A stretch of DNA of 63,869 nucleotides, filler included, from Folioceros fuciformis (lineage: Eukaryota), in NCBI GenBank assembly GCA_049999805.1. It is 26 parts of 26 records of this genome, joined end to end, with 100 filler letters (N's around TTAATTAATTAA, not from the genome) between each part and the next. Parts side by side here need not be neighbours in the genome. Positions count along the whole stretch, not along the records: positions 20,958 to 25,127 come from JBNGIO010007089.1; positions 25,228 to 27,995 come from JBNGIO010007090.1; positions 28,096 to 36,192 come from JBNGIO010007091.1; positions 36,293 to 38,896 come from JBNGIO010007092.1; 22 more parts are not named here. One strand, written 5' to 3'. Position numbers and translations under genes: made by a program. Shown piece after piece: positions 24,331 through 36,717 of the stretch. Below the pieces are notes generated by a model. That model had not been told where the DNA came from. It saw only the letters and a program-made list of their open reading frames with translations, and searched no databases. The first letter of the stretch is position 1, and every line of letters begins with the position of its first letter.

Positions 24331-27300
24331 CCATGTCTGGACTGACTACTACACCAACAAACTTTGACTGAACTGAAGTTGGGCAACGTAATCTAGAATG
24401 GAGATCAACTAGCGGGATTAGATTGGAGTACCCGTGGAGTGAAATCTTGTGTCCGGTTGTCCCTTACCTAAGTCAGGACTCACCTACTACCGTCCCTACT
24501 ACCTGCCAACTCATCTACTACTACTACCCCTAGTTAGCCCAACTACCACGAACCCTACTCTACGACTCCGGTTCCCACTCCACTACCGTAGTCGCTGTTT
24601 CCGCATCCGGTGGTTGTTTCCATGACCGTGGTGGGACCCACACAGAACCCTAACTAATATTTTTCCAGTGCACACCCCACCACGGGTTTCTGCCACAAGG
24701 GCTTCTAGACTCACAGATCTGGTCTTATGGGATGCTCTCTACATATGCAAGCGCCAATCCTTGGGGAACAAGACCTCGCGAATCAATCACACTCATTCAC
24801 ACACACAGGCAAGACTCTCCACACATGCAAAACACACAAGTGCTCCGGCTCACACTTGCTTCTTACAGGCCCGCTTCCAAATGTCTCCTATCCTCTAGCA
24901 ATGTCCACAAATCCCCATCACTCCCTTAGCAATCCTCCACAATCTCCAACAATCTTCCACAAACGCTTAGAAATCCCTCTGAAATCTTCCAAGAATCATC
25001 TCCAATCTCCAACAAATGTCTCTAATCTCCAGCAAACGTCTCCAATCTCTTAGCAATTTCATACACTTTTCCAGTTGGTTCAGTTAGTTCTTCTCAATCT
25101 CGATCACCTGCCTCACTCCTCGCATCGNNNNNNNNNNNNNNNNNNNNNNNNNNNNNNNNNNNNNNNNNNNNTTAATTAATTAANNNNNNNNNNNNNNNNN
25201 NNNNNNNNNNNNNNNNNNNNNNNNNNNCTTATATATTTGCAGCCTGGCATTTACGATTCCTTTGTGAACAAGTATGCCTCTCGAATCTCTGCGTGTTGCA
25301 GGTATACGAACAAATAGCTAGGAGGAGTGGAAAAAGACAATGCCAGGTTAGAGGACAACATGTCGAGGACGATTGGGGGAGAGATGGAGAGTGACGATCC
25401 CCAAATTGAGAAAGCGCGCAAAAGGAGGGGAAGGGCCAAATGCATCTAAGGGAAAGGCTAACGCGGTCTTAGGTTGCAGCTACGACACTGGACGAGGTCA
25501 ATTCTGTGTGAAGGAAGTTCAAAACACATTCTTGGAGAGAATGTAGATAAAAAAGAAGGGCACGAAGACCAAGTCTAAGATGCATCTTCTATGCGTGCAA
25601 CACTACTGGCCAACACATTGTCAATCGGTGCACAGACACACGAACCCCTCGATGACATCTATGGAGATCCGAAATAGGCCGCGCCAAAGTGGGGTTTAGA
25701 TGTATTTCATGAACATGGGGCAAGATGTGCCCATGTATTTGATCAGTATAACAAGTAATATTATAAATATTATAATGAGACAAAAGGCAATTGGTCCTAG
25801 GCCATATAGGCTAGCCCTAAAGCCGCTAAGCTTAAAAACTACTCACAAGATATATTATTTGTTCATGCATTACTAAAATTGTATGAAATATTGATACGGT
25901 CATTGCAACGCAACTGGAGGGAGTGGGTCCAAAGGAGGTGGGAGTAAAGCCAACATAATACCACTGGAGACTCGAATGTCGGATGCAACTACTGAAGGAG
26001 GCAAACATTTGCAAACACAAAGCCTTCTATCTGGCCGGGTAAGCAACAATCGAGGGAAGGAGAGTGTAGATGGGGCCGAACAACCAAGCCAAAGGAGGAG
26101 AGCTCCACGTCCCATTTAGTCACCCTTCAATTACGAGGAGACCATGGTGTTGAAGCGACTCCCAGCACAAATTGAGGTTATGGATTTGGTCGACAAATAT
26201 TGGTTGCTTGTGTAGTAGGATGAACCGGAGGAGGAGGGGGATTTTGGACCCCCCTGTATAAGCTCTTTGTGATGGGATACAAAGGGGCATATCCAAATCA
26301 GCGAGCAAGAGCTGGGTGGCTTATCTGGGCAACGGGCCAGCCAGAGGCTTGTCTGCTCTGCATCACAAAACCTTTCCAATTCAACGAATTGGACACAAAT
26401 GTGGAGAAGTGCAAGCAGTTTCAGGCCTTCAATGAAATGATCATCCAAAAGTGCCAGCCTGACCGAATTGTGGATATGTTTATGCACTACTGAAGGGAGA
26501 GGACGGTGAGTGCGGTTTGTGCGGTATGTCGATTTGGTTAGGCCCATTTTCTAACACCGCTTTGCATGGATTGCAGGTATTTCCTGGATACAGTGTATGT
26601 GCACTGAAATCGCCCAAACAGTGCAAAGGCACATGAGAGCAATGGCATTGCGGAGATTAGTTTTGCGTGGACAGGGGGTAGAAGAGGAGGTGCTTAGTGA
26701 GTTGGAGAGTGAGCTGGAACCGTCGAATGAGGATGAAGGTCCGATTCCTATCTATCTTGGGCAATCGGACACAGAAGATGATGGTTTGGACTCTGGCCAG
26801 GATGTTCCAAAAAAGGATGTGTTCGCTGACTATCCTAATATTGGAGCATCGGCCGAAATCCCAACTGTGAGGTACGAGCTAGAGACTACCCATGGGTACC
26901 AACCGACCTGTACAAACAGAAACGGGATGAGGCCCGGAGGCGAGTCAAGGGGAAGAGCAAGGTCAAACGAAGCAGCAGGTCCACAACCGAGGTAGCGGAA
27001 GCCACTATCAGTAGGGGAGAGATGACTCTAGTAGTGGGGAGTCCTACCGCGATCGGGGAAGCAGCAACAGTCGTGGAACCAATAACCGGAGTTGCTGAAA
27101 ACCCTACTCACACCAGGAGGACTGGAATGGAGACAGCTGGCAGCAGAGCGATAGGAAGCACTCCAGCATCCTTGGTGGGCAGAGAGCAGACAGTCAGGGG
27201 TAGCCCACGAGAGGAGGGGGTAAGCACCTCATCTGCAGCAGGAGGCTAGATTGTATTAAGGCACATGGATGAAGAATCTTATATTCTTGGTCTCTATGTA

Positions 27301-28095
27301 AATGAAGATCATCTACTTAACCTTACTATCCATGTGCGTTTGGGAATAGGAGGGACCAGGGCCAACCGTCTGCAAGCTAGGACCCGAAATGGATGCTTCT
27401 TCCATTGTGTGCGGGTATGGGGATTCACCCCCTGTTATGCAAAGGCAATCCTCAAGGAGCTCACGGAAGAGGAGGCACAGGCTTGGGTGGAGGAAGAACC
27501 TGTGCTAGTCCTTAGCAATAGGAGGCTAGTGGAAGAGGAGAGACCTTCTGGGTAGGCCCTGCCTATGCCTAGCCAAGAGAGGTCAGTCAGCAGTGGGAGT
27601 GAGGTAGAGATTTTATGGGAGGATTTGCGTGATCAGCAGCATGGAAGGAGAGCCAGGGGATTTGGTAGCAAAGGAAGGAGGGCCAAAAGAATAAATAGGA
27701 GGAGGGCGCGGTGCTAAGGTAGGCCAGGAGTTATTGCATCTTAAAATAGAATTTAGATAAGATTTGGTAAGATGTTATCTTGGACCTGATGTTGCCCGTA
27801 ATTAAGGGCACCTTTCAAGTTGACTGTTTTTAGACCTAGACTTTATGGCGGGCTATGGCACTTGCTATGAAAACTTTGTATAAAGAGGCTAGTTGATGCC
27901 TCTCTAATTAGACAACTTCCCGGTTGAGATCCTTGCGCTGCTTGGGAGGGTAGTGTGTGCGAGAAGCTCCTAGGGGTGGTCAAGAGCGTTGCTCCNNNNN
28001 NNNNNNNNNNNNNNNNNNNNNNNNNNNNNNNNNNNNNNNTTAATTAATTAANNNNNNNNNNNNNNNNNNNNNNNNNNNNNNNNNNNNNNNNNNNN

Positions 28096-28458
28096 ATGTG
28101 CGCCTGGCCCTTCGCCCCGCTCGCCTTCCCCGGAGCCCCCGCCGCTGCCCCGGCCAAATCGCCTAATGGCGATGTTGGGATCGATGGGATGGTGATCAAC
28201 ATTGGGTCCATGCTAGCTGGAGCCGCCACCAACCCGTTCGGGAACGCCTTCTACCAGGGGGATGCGCTGGCGCCTCTGGAGGCTGCTACCGCTTGCACAG
28301 GGATTTACGGGCCGCACTCTTACCCAGGCTACCCCGGGGATTTGCTCACCGATTCCCGCACCGGAGGGAACTTCAATGTCTACGGATACAAGAAATGGAG
28401 GTTCGTGCTGCCCGCATTGGTTGATCCCTCCACGGCAGCTTGCAAGGTTTCAGCTTGA
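28096..28458 (+). CDS. EXORDIUM/Phi-1 family protein, C-terminal part
   Basis: CAWPF..SPNGDVGIDGMVINI..LAGAATNPFGNAFYQGD..APLEAATACTGIYG..YPGYPG..FN..G..FVLPALVDP.T..C. Confidence 0.93.
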   Translation: MCAWPFAPLAFPGAPAAAPAKSPNGDVGIDGMVINIGSMLAGAATNPFGNAFYQGDALAPLEAATACTGIYGPHSYPGYPGDLLTDSRTGGNFNVYGYKKWRFVLPALVDPSTAACKVSA

Positions 28459-30150
28459 GGACTGTCTCTCATGCACTGCAAGTGCAAGTCCTCCGCAGTT
28501 TGCCCCGGTGGGCTGTTCCAATTTTGAGCAAGTTCAATGCCTCTTGCTTGCACTTGGCTCTGTACTGGGCTGTTTGAATTTTGAGTCTATGAGTGTACAG
28601 ATCATGTTCCTAGATTTGGGGTATACACATACATACCTACACATTCTTTGTGTACATACCTTTTGATATTATAAAGGAAAGCGACGTCTTTCGATTTTAC
28701 TTGTGGGTCTGTGAGAATAAGGGGGAAGGGTCATGGGCTCGTTTGGTGAAGACCCGAAGGTCTTTGTGACGATAGCTTGCTGCTCAAGAAATCGTGGCAA
28801 CTGTACTGGTGAAAATTGATTAAGAGGTCATTATGTCAGAGCTATAACTTGTTAGTTGGTACCAGTGAGGGGCGAAAGGAGAGAGCATGGTCGGTTTAGT
28901 ATCACACACCTGTGATGGCACCTTGCTGCTCAAGCAAGCGACCTGACAATCATGCTTGTGTGCCTTTCACTCAAGCATGAAGTGATTCCTGGCTTCCTTC
29001 AGTCTGTGAGCTTCGTCAAGGACAGGTCTGCAGCTTGCAAGTATCTGCCTGTTACGCCACGCTGACATGATTCCTCTCTGGCCAGGCTAGGCCGCACTCT
29101 ATCTGTAGGTACTTCTAGCCTGTGACACAGGGCTGCGTTCAGCGCATAATATCTGGCTGCGTCATTTGCCCTCACAAAGCGTGTGATACTGCATATAGCC
29201 CAACTCCTGGGCTGCCCACTGACACAGAATGATAAGGTAGGTGCTACTTCAGTAGGGGAGGAGACAGAATAGGGTTTTGAGTACTGCTGTCGTCGTCGGG
29301 TATGTTGTCTGATTGGCGCTGCCCCAAGAAATGAACTCCCCATACAGCAAGACGTGTCGCTGTAACTGTTTCCACTTACACGCCAATTGGTTTCGCAAAG
29401 CTGGACAAATATCTCCCCTCTCTGTCTTGTCTCTGGCTCTCTGTGTGTCAGTCCACATGTCTTATGTTCATCATAAGTAGGCTCCGTCCTTCTTCGATCC
29501 GTTCTTCCAGGTTTGTCTAAAAGTGACCTGCCGTGGTGGCCCTCCATGGAACCTGTGCTGCAGGCCAAAGCCATCCATCCACGTCACAGTACCATACACA
29601 TCGCCCAGGACACCTCACGGCTGATTGCTCGTGTCGATCCGTTAAACATCACCTCCGAGGCATCAGATCAGGCCACAATTTCGCTGACGTCACAAGTGGT
29701 AGAGACGGGAGGATAAGACTCGTTACCATTCAGACAGAGATGGAACAGCTTCTCGACAACAACACTTGACTTTTTTGCGTTTATCAACTATTAACATAAG
29801 TTGGCGTCTGTTGTGATGAGATGCCTTGGGAGGAAGGGTTACCTTAGCCAGCTGGGGTCATGGTTTGATCCACGCTGTTTAGACGAGATGAAATTGGGAT
29901 CAAACAGTCCAAATGCAGATGATCTGAATGAACTGGGATACTTTCCTTGACGAGATGGAAGTCCTGGTTTCTTCTCTCACCCCGTGTGATGGGCTGCTAC
30001 TCTGGCCGCTGGGCGGGTGGCCGCGAAGCGGCCAGAGTAGCAGCCCATCAGCAGGTTGAGGCCAACATTGTTGTGCTCTTTGCCGAAGGTCTTTACCAGC
30101 TTTGTAACCCTGGAGAGGAGCCATCAACCTTTGAGTGATCCACTTCAGAG

Positions 30151-32877
30151 ATGGACTTTGTTGCTGGGATCCAGCTACCTGAGAAGGCTGGGCCTCCAGG
30201 TGCTGCGGTTCATTCGCTGCCTATGAGTGCTGGGCGAAACAGTCTGTCTGGTGGGTCTTCGAATGGTATGAGCGGACCTCAACTTGGAGAGTACTCCTGG
30301 ACAACACTGATACTGCAGCATGCCAAGGGTGGGCAAGGCAGACGGGCTCTCAAGATGTATGAGGAAATGCGGAAGCAAGGAGTGGAACCAAGGCCACGCA
30401 CATTCGTGGCTTTGTTGAAGGCGTCCAGTAGCTTGCAGGACCTCAAGAGTGCTATGCAGATCCACGCAGAAGTTGTGAGAAATGGGTTTGAGAGAGATCT
30501 GTATGTGAGCACCATGCTGCTGGACGCTTACGCAAAATGCGGGAGCTTGGAGAATGCCCGGCGGGTGTTTGAGGAGATGTCCCATCGTGATGTGGTTTCC
30601 TGGAATGCCATGATTTTAGGGTATGCCCAGATGCAGAAGGGTGACGAGGCATTGCATTTGTATGAGCGGATGCAGCTGGAAGGCGTGGTCCGGAACGACC
30701 GAACTTTTGTTGGTGCGCTCAAGGCTTGCAGTTCCATCGCAGAAATAGATGCCAGAAATGGTGGTGATGGGATAGCAGTTAAGAAACGATGCTTGGAAAC
30801 TGTAAGAACCATCCATGCGGACCTTGAGAAAGGGGGTGTTTTGTCGAATGTGTTTGCAGGGAACATGCTGATGGATGCGTATGCTACTTGTGGGAGCCTG
30901 GAGGATGCCAGGCTGGTGTTTGAGGAGATGCCTGACCGGAGTGTGGTGTCCTGGAATGCCATTATCTTGCAGTATGCCCAGAAGGACAACGGGGAAGAGG
31001 CTTTGCGCTTGTACTCTCGGATGCAACAGGATGGTGTGGTCCCGAATGACAGGACCTACGTCGGAGCGCTGAAGGCTTGCAGTACCATTGCCGAGCGCGG
31101 GGGTGATGAATTACGTGTCAAGAAAGAGTGTGCGGAAGCTGTTAGAGCCATCCACGTCGCTGTTGAGAAGGCAAACTTTGGGGCAGATGTGTTTGTGAGG
31201 AACATGCTGTTGGATGCGTATGCAAAATGTGGCAGCCTGGAGGATGCTAGACTGGTTTTTGAGGGAATGCCTCGTCAGAGTGTGGTGTTGTGGAACACCA
31301 TGATCATGGGGTACACTCAGATGGAGAGGGGTGAAGAAGCTTTGGAGTTGTATTCACGGATGCGACAGGAAGGTATAGTACCTGATGACCGGACGTATGT
31401 TGCTGCGCTCAAGGCTTGCAGTGTCATTGCGGATCTGGCAGAGAGGAACGGTGGCGATGGAATACTTCAAAAAACGAAATGCCTCGAAACCGTGAGGTCT
31501 ATCCACACTGTGGTTGGAAAGGGGGAGTTTCCTCCGAACGTATATGTGGGGAACATGCTCGTGGAGGCTTATGTGACCTGTGGTATGCTGGAGGATGCTA
31601 GACAGGTGCTTGAGAAAATGCCTCATCGGAATGTGGTTTCTTGGAATGCCTTGATTCTGGGGTACGCCCAGATGGAGAAGGGTGAACAGGCTTTGCAACT
31701 GCTCTCATTGATGCAAAACGAAGGTGTTGCCCCTAACGATCGAACGTATGTTGCTGTACTGAAGGCCTGCAGTTCCATCGCGGAGTGGGGGGACACGAAT
31801 GGTAGTACTAGGACACTGGTGAAGGCACAGTGCCTGGAGACCGTGAGAGAGATCCACACCGAGATCAGGATGGGCAACTTCGAGCACGATGTATTTGTTG
31901 GCACCATGCTGCTGGATGCCTATGCGAAATGTGGAAGCCTAGAGGATGCTCGACAGTTATTTGAAGGAATGCCTCATCGTGATGTTGTTTCCTGGAATTC
32001 CATGATCTTGGGTTATGCCCGGATGAACAAGGGTGAAGAAGCTCTGCAAGTGTACAGAGAGATGCAGCAAGCAGGTGTGGTACCAAATGACAGGACATAC
32101 GCGTGTGCGCTGTCCGCCTGCGGAAATGTGGCAGGATTAGAGATGGGAAAAGAAATCCATGCCCAGATTGCGAAAGCTGGCCTGGAGTCGGACTCCTTCT
32201 TATGTAGTAGTTTGATAGATATGTATGCTAAATGTTCGTGCATGGTGAATGCCCGGCAGCTTTTCGAAGCCTTGCCCTCAAGGGATGTCGTGGCATGGAA
32301 TGCATTGATTGTGGGATACGCCCATCAAGGAGAGAGTGAAGTCGTCTTTGACTTGTTCAGTAGGATGCAGGTGGAGGGTATGCAGCCAGGCCCCATAACT
32401 TTCCTTGGTCTTCTCAGTGTATGCAGCCATGCAGGTCTAGTGGATAGGGGCCACAAGTTCTTCGCGGCCATGAGCAGAGAGTATGGCATCACTCCCACAA
32501 TTCAGCACTACAATTGCATGGTTGACCTACTTGGCCGCGCAGGCAAAGTCCAGGAGGCTATGGAGATGGTAAAGACGATGCCATTCGAACCGGACAGTGC
32601 AGGCTGGAAATCTGTTTTGGGAGCCTGTCGAAAGTGGGGACATGTTGTTCTTGGGAAGCAGGCTTTTGAAGGTGCTGTGAGGTTAGATAAGAATGACGCT
32701 GCAGCTTACGTTTTGATGTCAAACATCTACAAGGACGCTAACTTGCCGGAAGAGGCAAATAAGATGCAAGAGATGAGAAAGCAGCTTCAAGTCTGGAAGG
32801 AACCCGGGCAAACCTGCTGGATGGACCCAAGTGGGAATGCTCATGTATTCTGCAGAGGGAGGTCGAAAGCACCCTGA
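30151..32877 (+). CDS. PLS-class PPR protein with E domains and PG-box, no DYW (organellar RNA-editing factor type)
   Basis: Intronless 908-aa ORF with repeated P-L-S triplets (DVVSWNAMI..YAQ, PNDRTYV.ALKACS, LLDAYAKCGSLEDAR.VF), an S2/E region (HYNCMVDLLGRAG, WKSVLGACR, AYVLMSNIY) and KEPGQTCW. Confidence 0.95.
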   Translation: MDFVAGIQLPEKAGPPGAAVHSLPMSAGRNSLSGGSSNGMSGPQLGEYSWTTLILQHAKGGQGRRALKMYEEMRKQGVEPRPRTFVALLKASSSLQDLKSAMQIHAEVVRNGFERDLYVSTMLLDAYAKCGSLENARRVFEEMSHRDVVSWNAMILGYAQMQKGDEALHLYERMQLEGVVRNDRTFVGALKACSSIAEIDARNGGDGIAVKKRCLETVRTIHADLEKGGVLSNVFAGNMLMDAYATCGSLEDARLVFEEMPDRSVVSWNAIILQYAQKDNGEEALRLYSRMQQDGVVPNDRTYVGALKACSTIAERGGDELRVKKECAEAVRAIHVAVEKANFGADVFVRNMLLDAYAKCGSLEDARLVFEGMPRQSVVLWNTMIMGYTQMERGEEALELYSRMRQEGIVPDDRTYVAALKACSVIADLAERNGGDGILQKTKCLETVRSIHTVVGKGEFPPNVYVGNMLVEAYVTCGMLEDARQVLEKMPHRNVVSWNALILGYAQMEKGEQALQLLSLMQNEGVAPNDRTYVAVLKACSSIAEWGDTNGSTRTLVKAQCLETVREIHTEIRMGNFEHDVFVGTMLLDAYAKCGSLEDARQLFEGMPHRDVVSWNSMILGYARMNKGEEALQVYREMQQAGVVPNDRTYACALSACGNVAGLEMGKEIHAQIAKAGLESDSFLCSSLIDMYAKCSCMVNARQLFEALPSRDVVAWNALIVGYAHQGESEVVFDLFSRMQVEGMQPGPITFLGLLSVCSHAGLVDRGHKFFAAMSREYGITPTIQHYNCMVDLLGRAGKVQEAMEMVKTMPFEPDSAGWKSVLGACRKWGHVVLGKQAFEGAVRLDKNDAAAYVLMSNIYKDANLPEEANKMQEMRKQLQVWKEPGQTCWMDPSGNAHVFCRGRSKAP

Positions 32878-33703
32878 CTAATCAAGTCTCAGGACGTGCT
32901 TCCATGTTTTCAAACTTTTGCCCGACCTAACGGTATCAGACAGGCATCGGTCTCTCGTTCACGCCAAGGACGCGTTACAACGCGAGCGACAAAGAAGCCC
33001 ACGTGATGCACCTTCCCAACACTGTTTAGTCCTAACTTTGTGGAGGCGGTGTACACTTCGACATAATTGTATTCTATGCAAAATTTTATTATAAAATCGA
33101 AAATACCTTCTGCTGGTGCACGTCCAAATGTGTATTCCACTTTATTTCAACATTCCCTCTAATCGCTCTCAACTAGCATGAAGTATCACATAGTATCTTG
33201 AGAGGCTCACACAGAGTATCTTGAGAAGCTCTCATCTTGAGGTGTCTTGGAGATGTCTTGAGTCTCCAAGAAGACTTCCAACAAGAGGTTGTCCATCTAA
33301 GAGGTTGTCCATCTAATGATCTATACCTAACTACTTTTCAACACGGGTGTGTCACTATACACCTAACTAGTTATGGTCCTTAGCTCTTTCTGACAAGTTT
33401 CCTCTCTAAGCTCTTGACAATTATCTCTCCACAATAAACTAACATCTCAACTCTTTTGAAGCAATTCGTGAAAGAGTTCTCAAAGTCATTGTTCTCGTGT
33501 TTTGTTCTAAGTCACTGCTCTAGTCAATGCCTACAACTAGGCAACCTTACAACACTCATCTTTTAAAATTTAAATGTTACTACAACTCCACGCCTTGAAC
33601 ATGGAACAATGAGCATGAAATAGATCAATTGCATATTCGTTAAGACAACTCCAATTAACTTTCATCTAATTTTACTTGTGCATATATGAACCATTTGTCC
33701 TGG

Positions 33704-35247
33704 TCAGAAGTCGGAACTCAATCCAAATTTTTGAACGATGGCGCCACGCCGACCAGCCCCAAGCGCTGTGACGACGTCCGTGAACTCGAATGTTTGGAAC
33801 GGCCTGTATCGCCTCGGATGCTGCTCGTTCACAAGCTCAGCGGGCGGATCGATGCGCGCCAGCTTGGAAGGGTTGTAGAAGAAGCAGAAGGAGATCCGGG
33901 ACTGATTCCGATTCCCCACCACACGGTGCTCCGAGCTCAGCAACCTGTCGTTACTCCACATCTGCGATATCGATGCACCCGGTGCCAGTTGATGAGCAAG
34001 GCATCGAGGTGTGAGGGCAACCTAAGGAGCAGTGCAGCTAAGATACCTGGAGCAGGTCCCCAACGTTGACGACGAAGGCGGCCGGGATCGGCTTCACACC
34101 GCGCCACTCTCCATCAGCGGTGAGCACCTGGAGTCCTCCTACAAGATCCTGGTGGACGATGTTAATGGCGAAGGGGTCGGTGTGGCGGAATATCCCCAGC
34201 GTCAGATCAGGCTGCGGGCACGGCGGGTAGTGGTTCATGTGGAACAAACAGGTGCGGTCGGGCTTGTCCCGGAAGTGCTCCGAGAAGGTGCGCGTCGCTA
34301 GCCCGAAGCTCTCCGCCAGCATCTCCAGCACCTGCAGCGCCAACTCCTCCATCGTCCGTACGTACGTGTTCACCGCAGTGGTCACCAAGGAATCTTCCCC
34401 AGGCTCCCGCGCCAGATGGTGCGCCAAATGCGACATCCCGGTCGCCTCACCTCCTCGACCAAGAACCATGCGCACGCCGAACGTTTCGCGCCACAGCCGA
34501 CTTCCCTTCTTGTCGGACGAGGTCGGCACGCCGGAGATGTATCCCGTCAGCCGCTTCGGATTAGCAGCCTTCTTCTTTTCCTACACAGATATGCGCATCG
34601 CATTGCTGCGGTTGAGAAGGAAGAATTCTATAATCTGCACTATGGAATGTCATGCATGTATGTTTGTTGCAGCAGCCTACCTCTGCTGGTTTGCCGAAGA
34701 ATGCCTGAGCAATATCTCGTAGATCCTTCACAAGCGGCATAGGGAACCCGTGGTTCACGATCTGAAAGAAGCCGTATTCCTCGCAGGCATTTCGCAGCTG
34801 CTGCCGCACCTTCTCCGCCTCCGATTCGTGTTCCGCAATCTGCCGCGTTCTGACGCCACAAGCCTTCTCGCGCAAGGCGTCGAGCTTGGCGAACACGCCT
34901 AAATCGATCACCGGAAGGTCGAAGTCGAACACGTCGTGAGCGAGGGTTGCCCTACTGGATTCGGGAAACACAAATCCAGCCGGGATCGAGTTGTTGGTGT
35001 CTGGCGCAGGCACATGTAGCTCTGGAGGTGGACCGTGCACTCTCAGAGCTGCCAACGCCGATGACTTGAAGCTGGCTGATGATGCCTGTCCTAGGCCAGC
35101 TCCGACTTTAACTCCTCTGCACATGTGCATTTCCCAGCCCCCTTGTAGATCAATCCTCCCATGGCTGCTGGCCTTGATCAAATTCGCAGAAGAGGAGGAC
35201 AAGGGGTCCGGAGCAGTGCTAGGAGACAACAATATGAGGCTCTTCAT
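33704..35247 (-). CDS. 2-oxoglutarate/Fe(II) dioxygenase (DOXC), GA20-oxidase-like; 3 exons, start uncertain
   Basis: Exons ...-34681, 34580-34047 and 33961-33704 with GT-AG introns. Motifs LPVIDL, ACEEYGFFQIVNHG, NHYPPCPQPDLTLG, HTD, HRV and RIS. Confidence 0.9.
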
Positions 35248-36297
35248 CGCTATTGCCCGTTGGATCTACTGTTGGACAGACAGTCACAGAGCTTGAAGTT
35301 GCAAGACGCTCTAGATGGGGACGTATTCCAAGTCCTGACGTTATAGCGAATAGTGGCGTGTGTGGAACAGATATCCAACCGGACGATATGCTCCCATGGA
35401 ATGTCTCGGAAACCACACAGCGGAGTGCACGGTCAACGGCGTGTAATGGTTGGTCTCCCATGCATCCACTGCTTCTACCCATTCCATGACTGCTTCTGGC
35501 AGTATCTCTTGCACGATGGCGCTCCTGTCGAGGCGAGAAAATCCATCACCGCTCGCACGTAGGCTGAGTATGTACCATCTTTGCCCCTCGTTCGGATGCC
35601 ATTTGACGCATGCCAATCCAACGCCTGGTTGTCACCCGTCCAGTCATCAAAGCACCCTGTATACATGTATATGTATCAGCGCGACAGGAGACGCACATGG
35701 TTCCATGACGTACTGCAATGCCCTCGCTCATTGTAATATTATTTTTTGTTCCATTCGCCATATCCAACCTCCCTTCTTATGCTTTCCATGAATTATTCCA
35801 GCCTCGACGTTCCTCGAATGCTTCCAGGCTTCCTCACCACACAACTCCTCCATCTCTACCTGCGTCAGTGTCATGGTGGATGGGGTTTTCCTTGCCCTAG
35901 CGACACCCATGTCTGATCCCCCGATGTGTGGATCTGAGTGCAGGGCGGCCGCGCTGACTTTGGATTTACAGTGACACCACGTTATCCAGTGCGGCTCAGG
36001 ATTCCCCTGTGCACACAGTGACAGCCTCAGCCTGCGATCTGGTGTGGCCGCTAATGGAGTGCCAGCAAAGACCCAGTACACTATCCACTGGTGTGGTGGT
36101 CTCGTTGCGTCGTTGGCCGCTCAACTCGCGCCTGACCAGCCCGCTGTCGCTTCCGCTTATGGAGCTCAGCTCTTTCGCGGTGAGTGAAGCCCNNNNNNNN
36201 NNNNNNNNNNNNNNNNNNNNNNNNNNNNNNNNNNNNTTAATTAATTAANNNNNNNNNNNNNNNNNNNNNNNNNNNNNNNNNNNNNNNNNNNNGCTAC

Positions 36298-36594
36298 CAG
36301 GTTCAGCCTCCAGGGCCGCACCACCGCCTCCACTTTGTAGAATTTCGCTCTCCCGCTCCCGTTGTCGCTGCTGCTCCAGGCCCCGCTCTTGCTGTTGCTG
36401 TTGCACGCCCTTGCCGCGGCCTGCCTCGAAGCCGCCGGCTGCTGCTGCGCCAGCTTGCGCAATCCCCCGGGCTTCCGCGCTGGAAAGCGAGCGCTGCACA
36501 CGGAACTGGAGCCTTCAGCTCCATCCGTTGGCTTGCACACGGCAGCCAGGAACGTCGCGGAGGAGACACAGCTCTGCGCCAAAGCTCCCGCCAT
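36298..36594 (-). CDS. GLB1: Nitrogen regulatory protein P-II, chloroplastic, first exon
   Basis: Ala/Ser-rich transit-like leader, then KFYKVEAVVRPWRL, then a GT donor at 36297. Confidence 0.88.
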
Positions 36595-36717
36595 GTCACC
36601 GTCAAGCCTGTCTCTCGCCACCACTCCCAGGAGCCCTAAACGAATAGCGTACATTCGATATCGCTCTTCACGAGTACGAGGCTCCAATTTCCTCTCATGT
36701 CGCTCTAAGATGCAACC

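Noticed and set aside
25228-27995. Fragmentary ORFs with a possible intron at about 26507-26576
   Set aside because: Many stops and no recognisable domain; probably decayed TE cargo.
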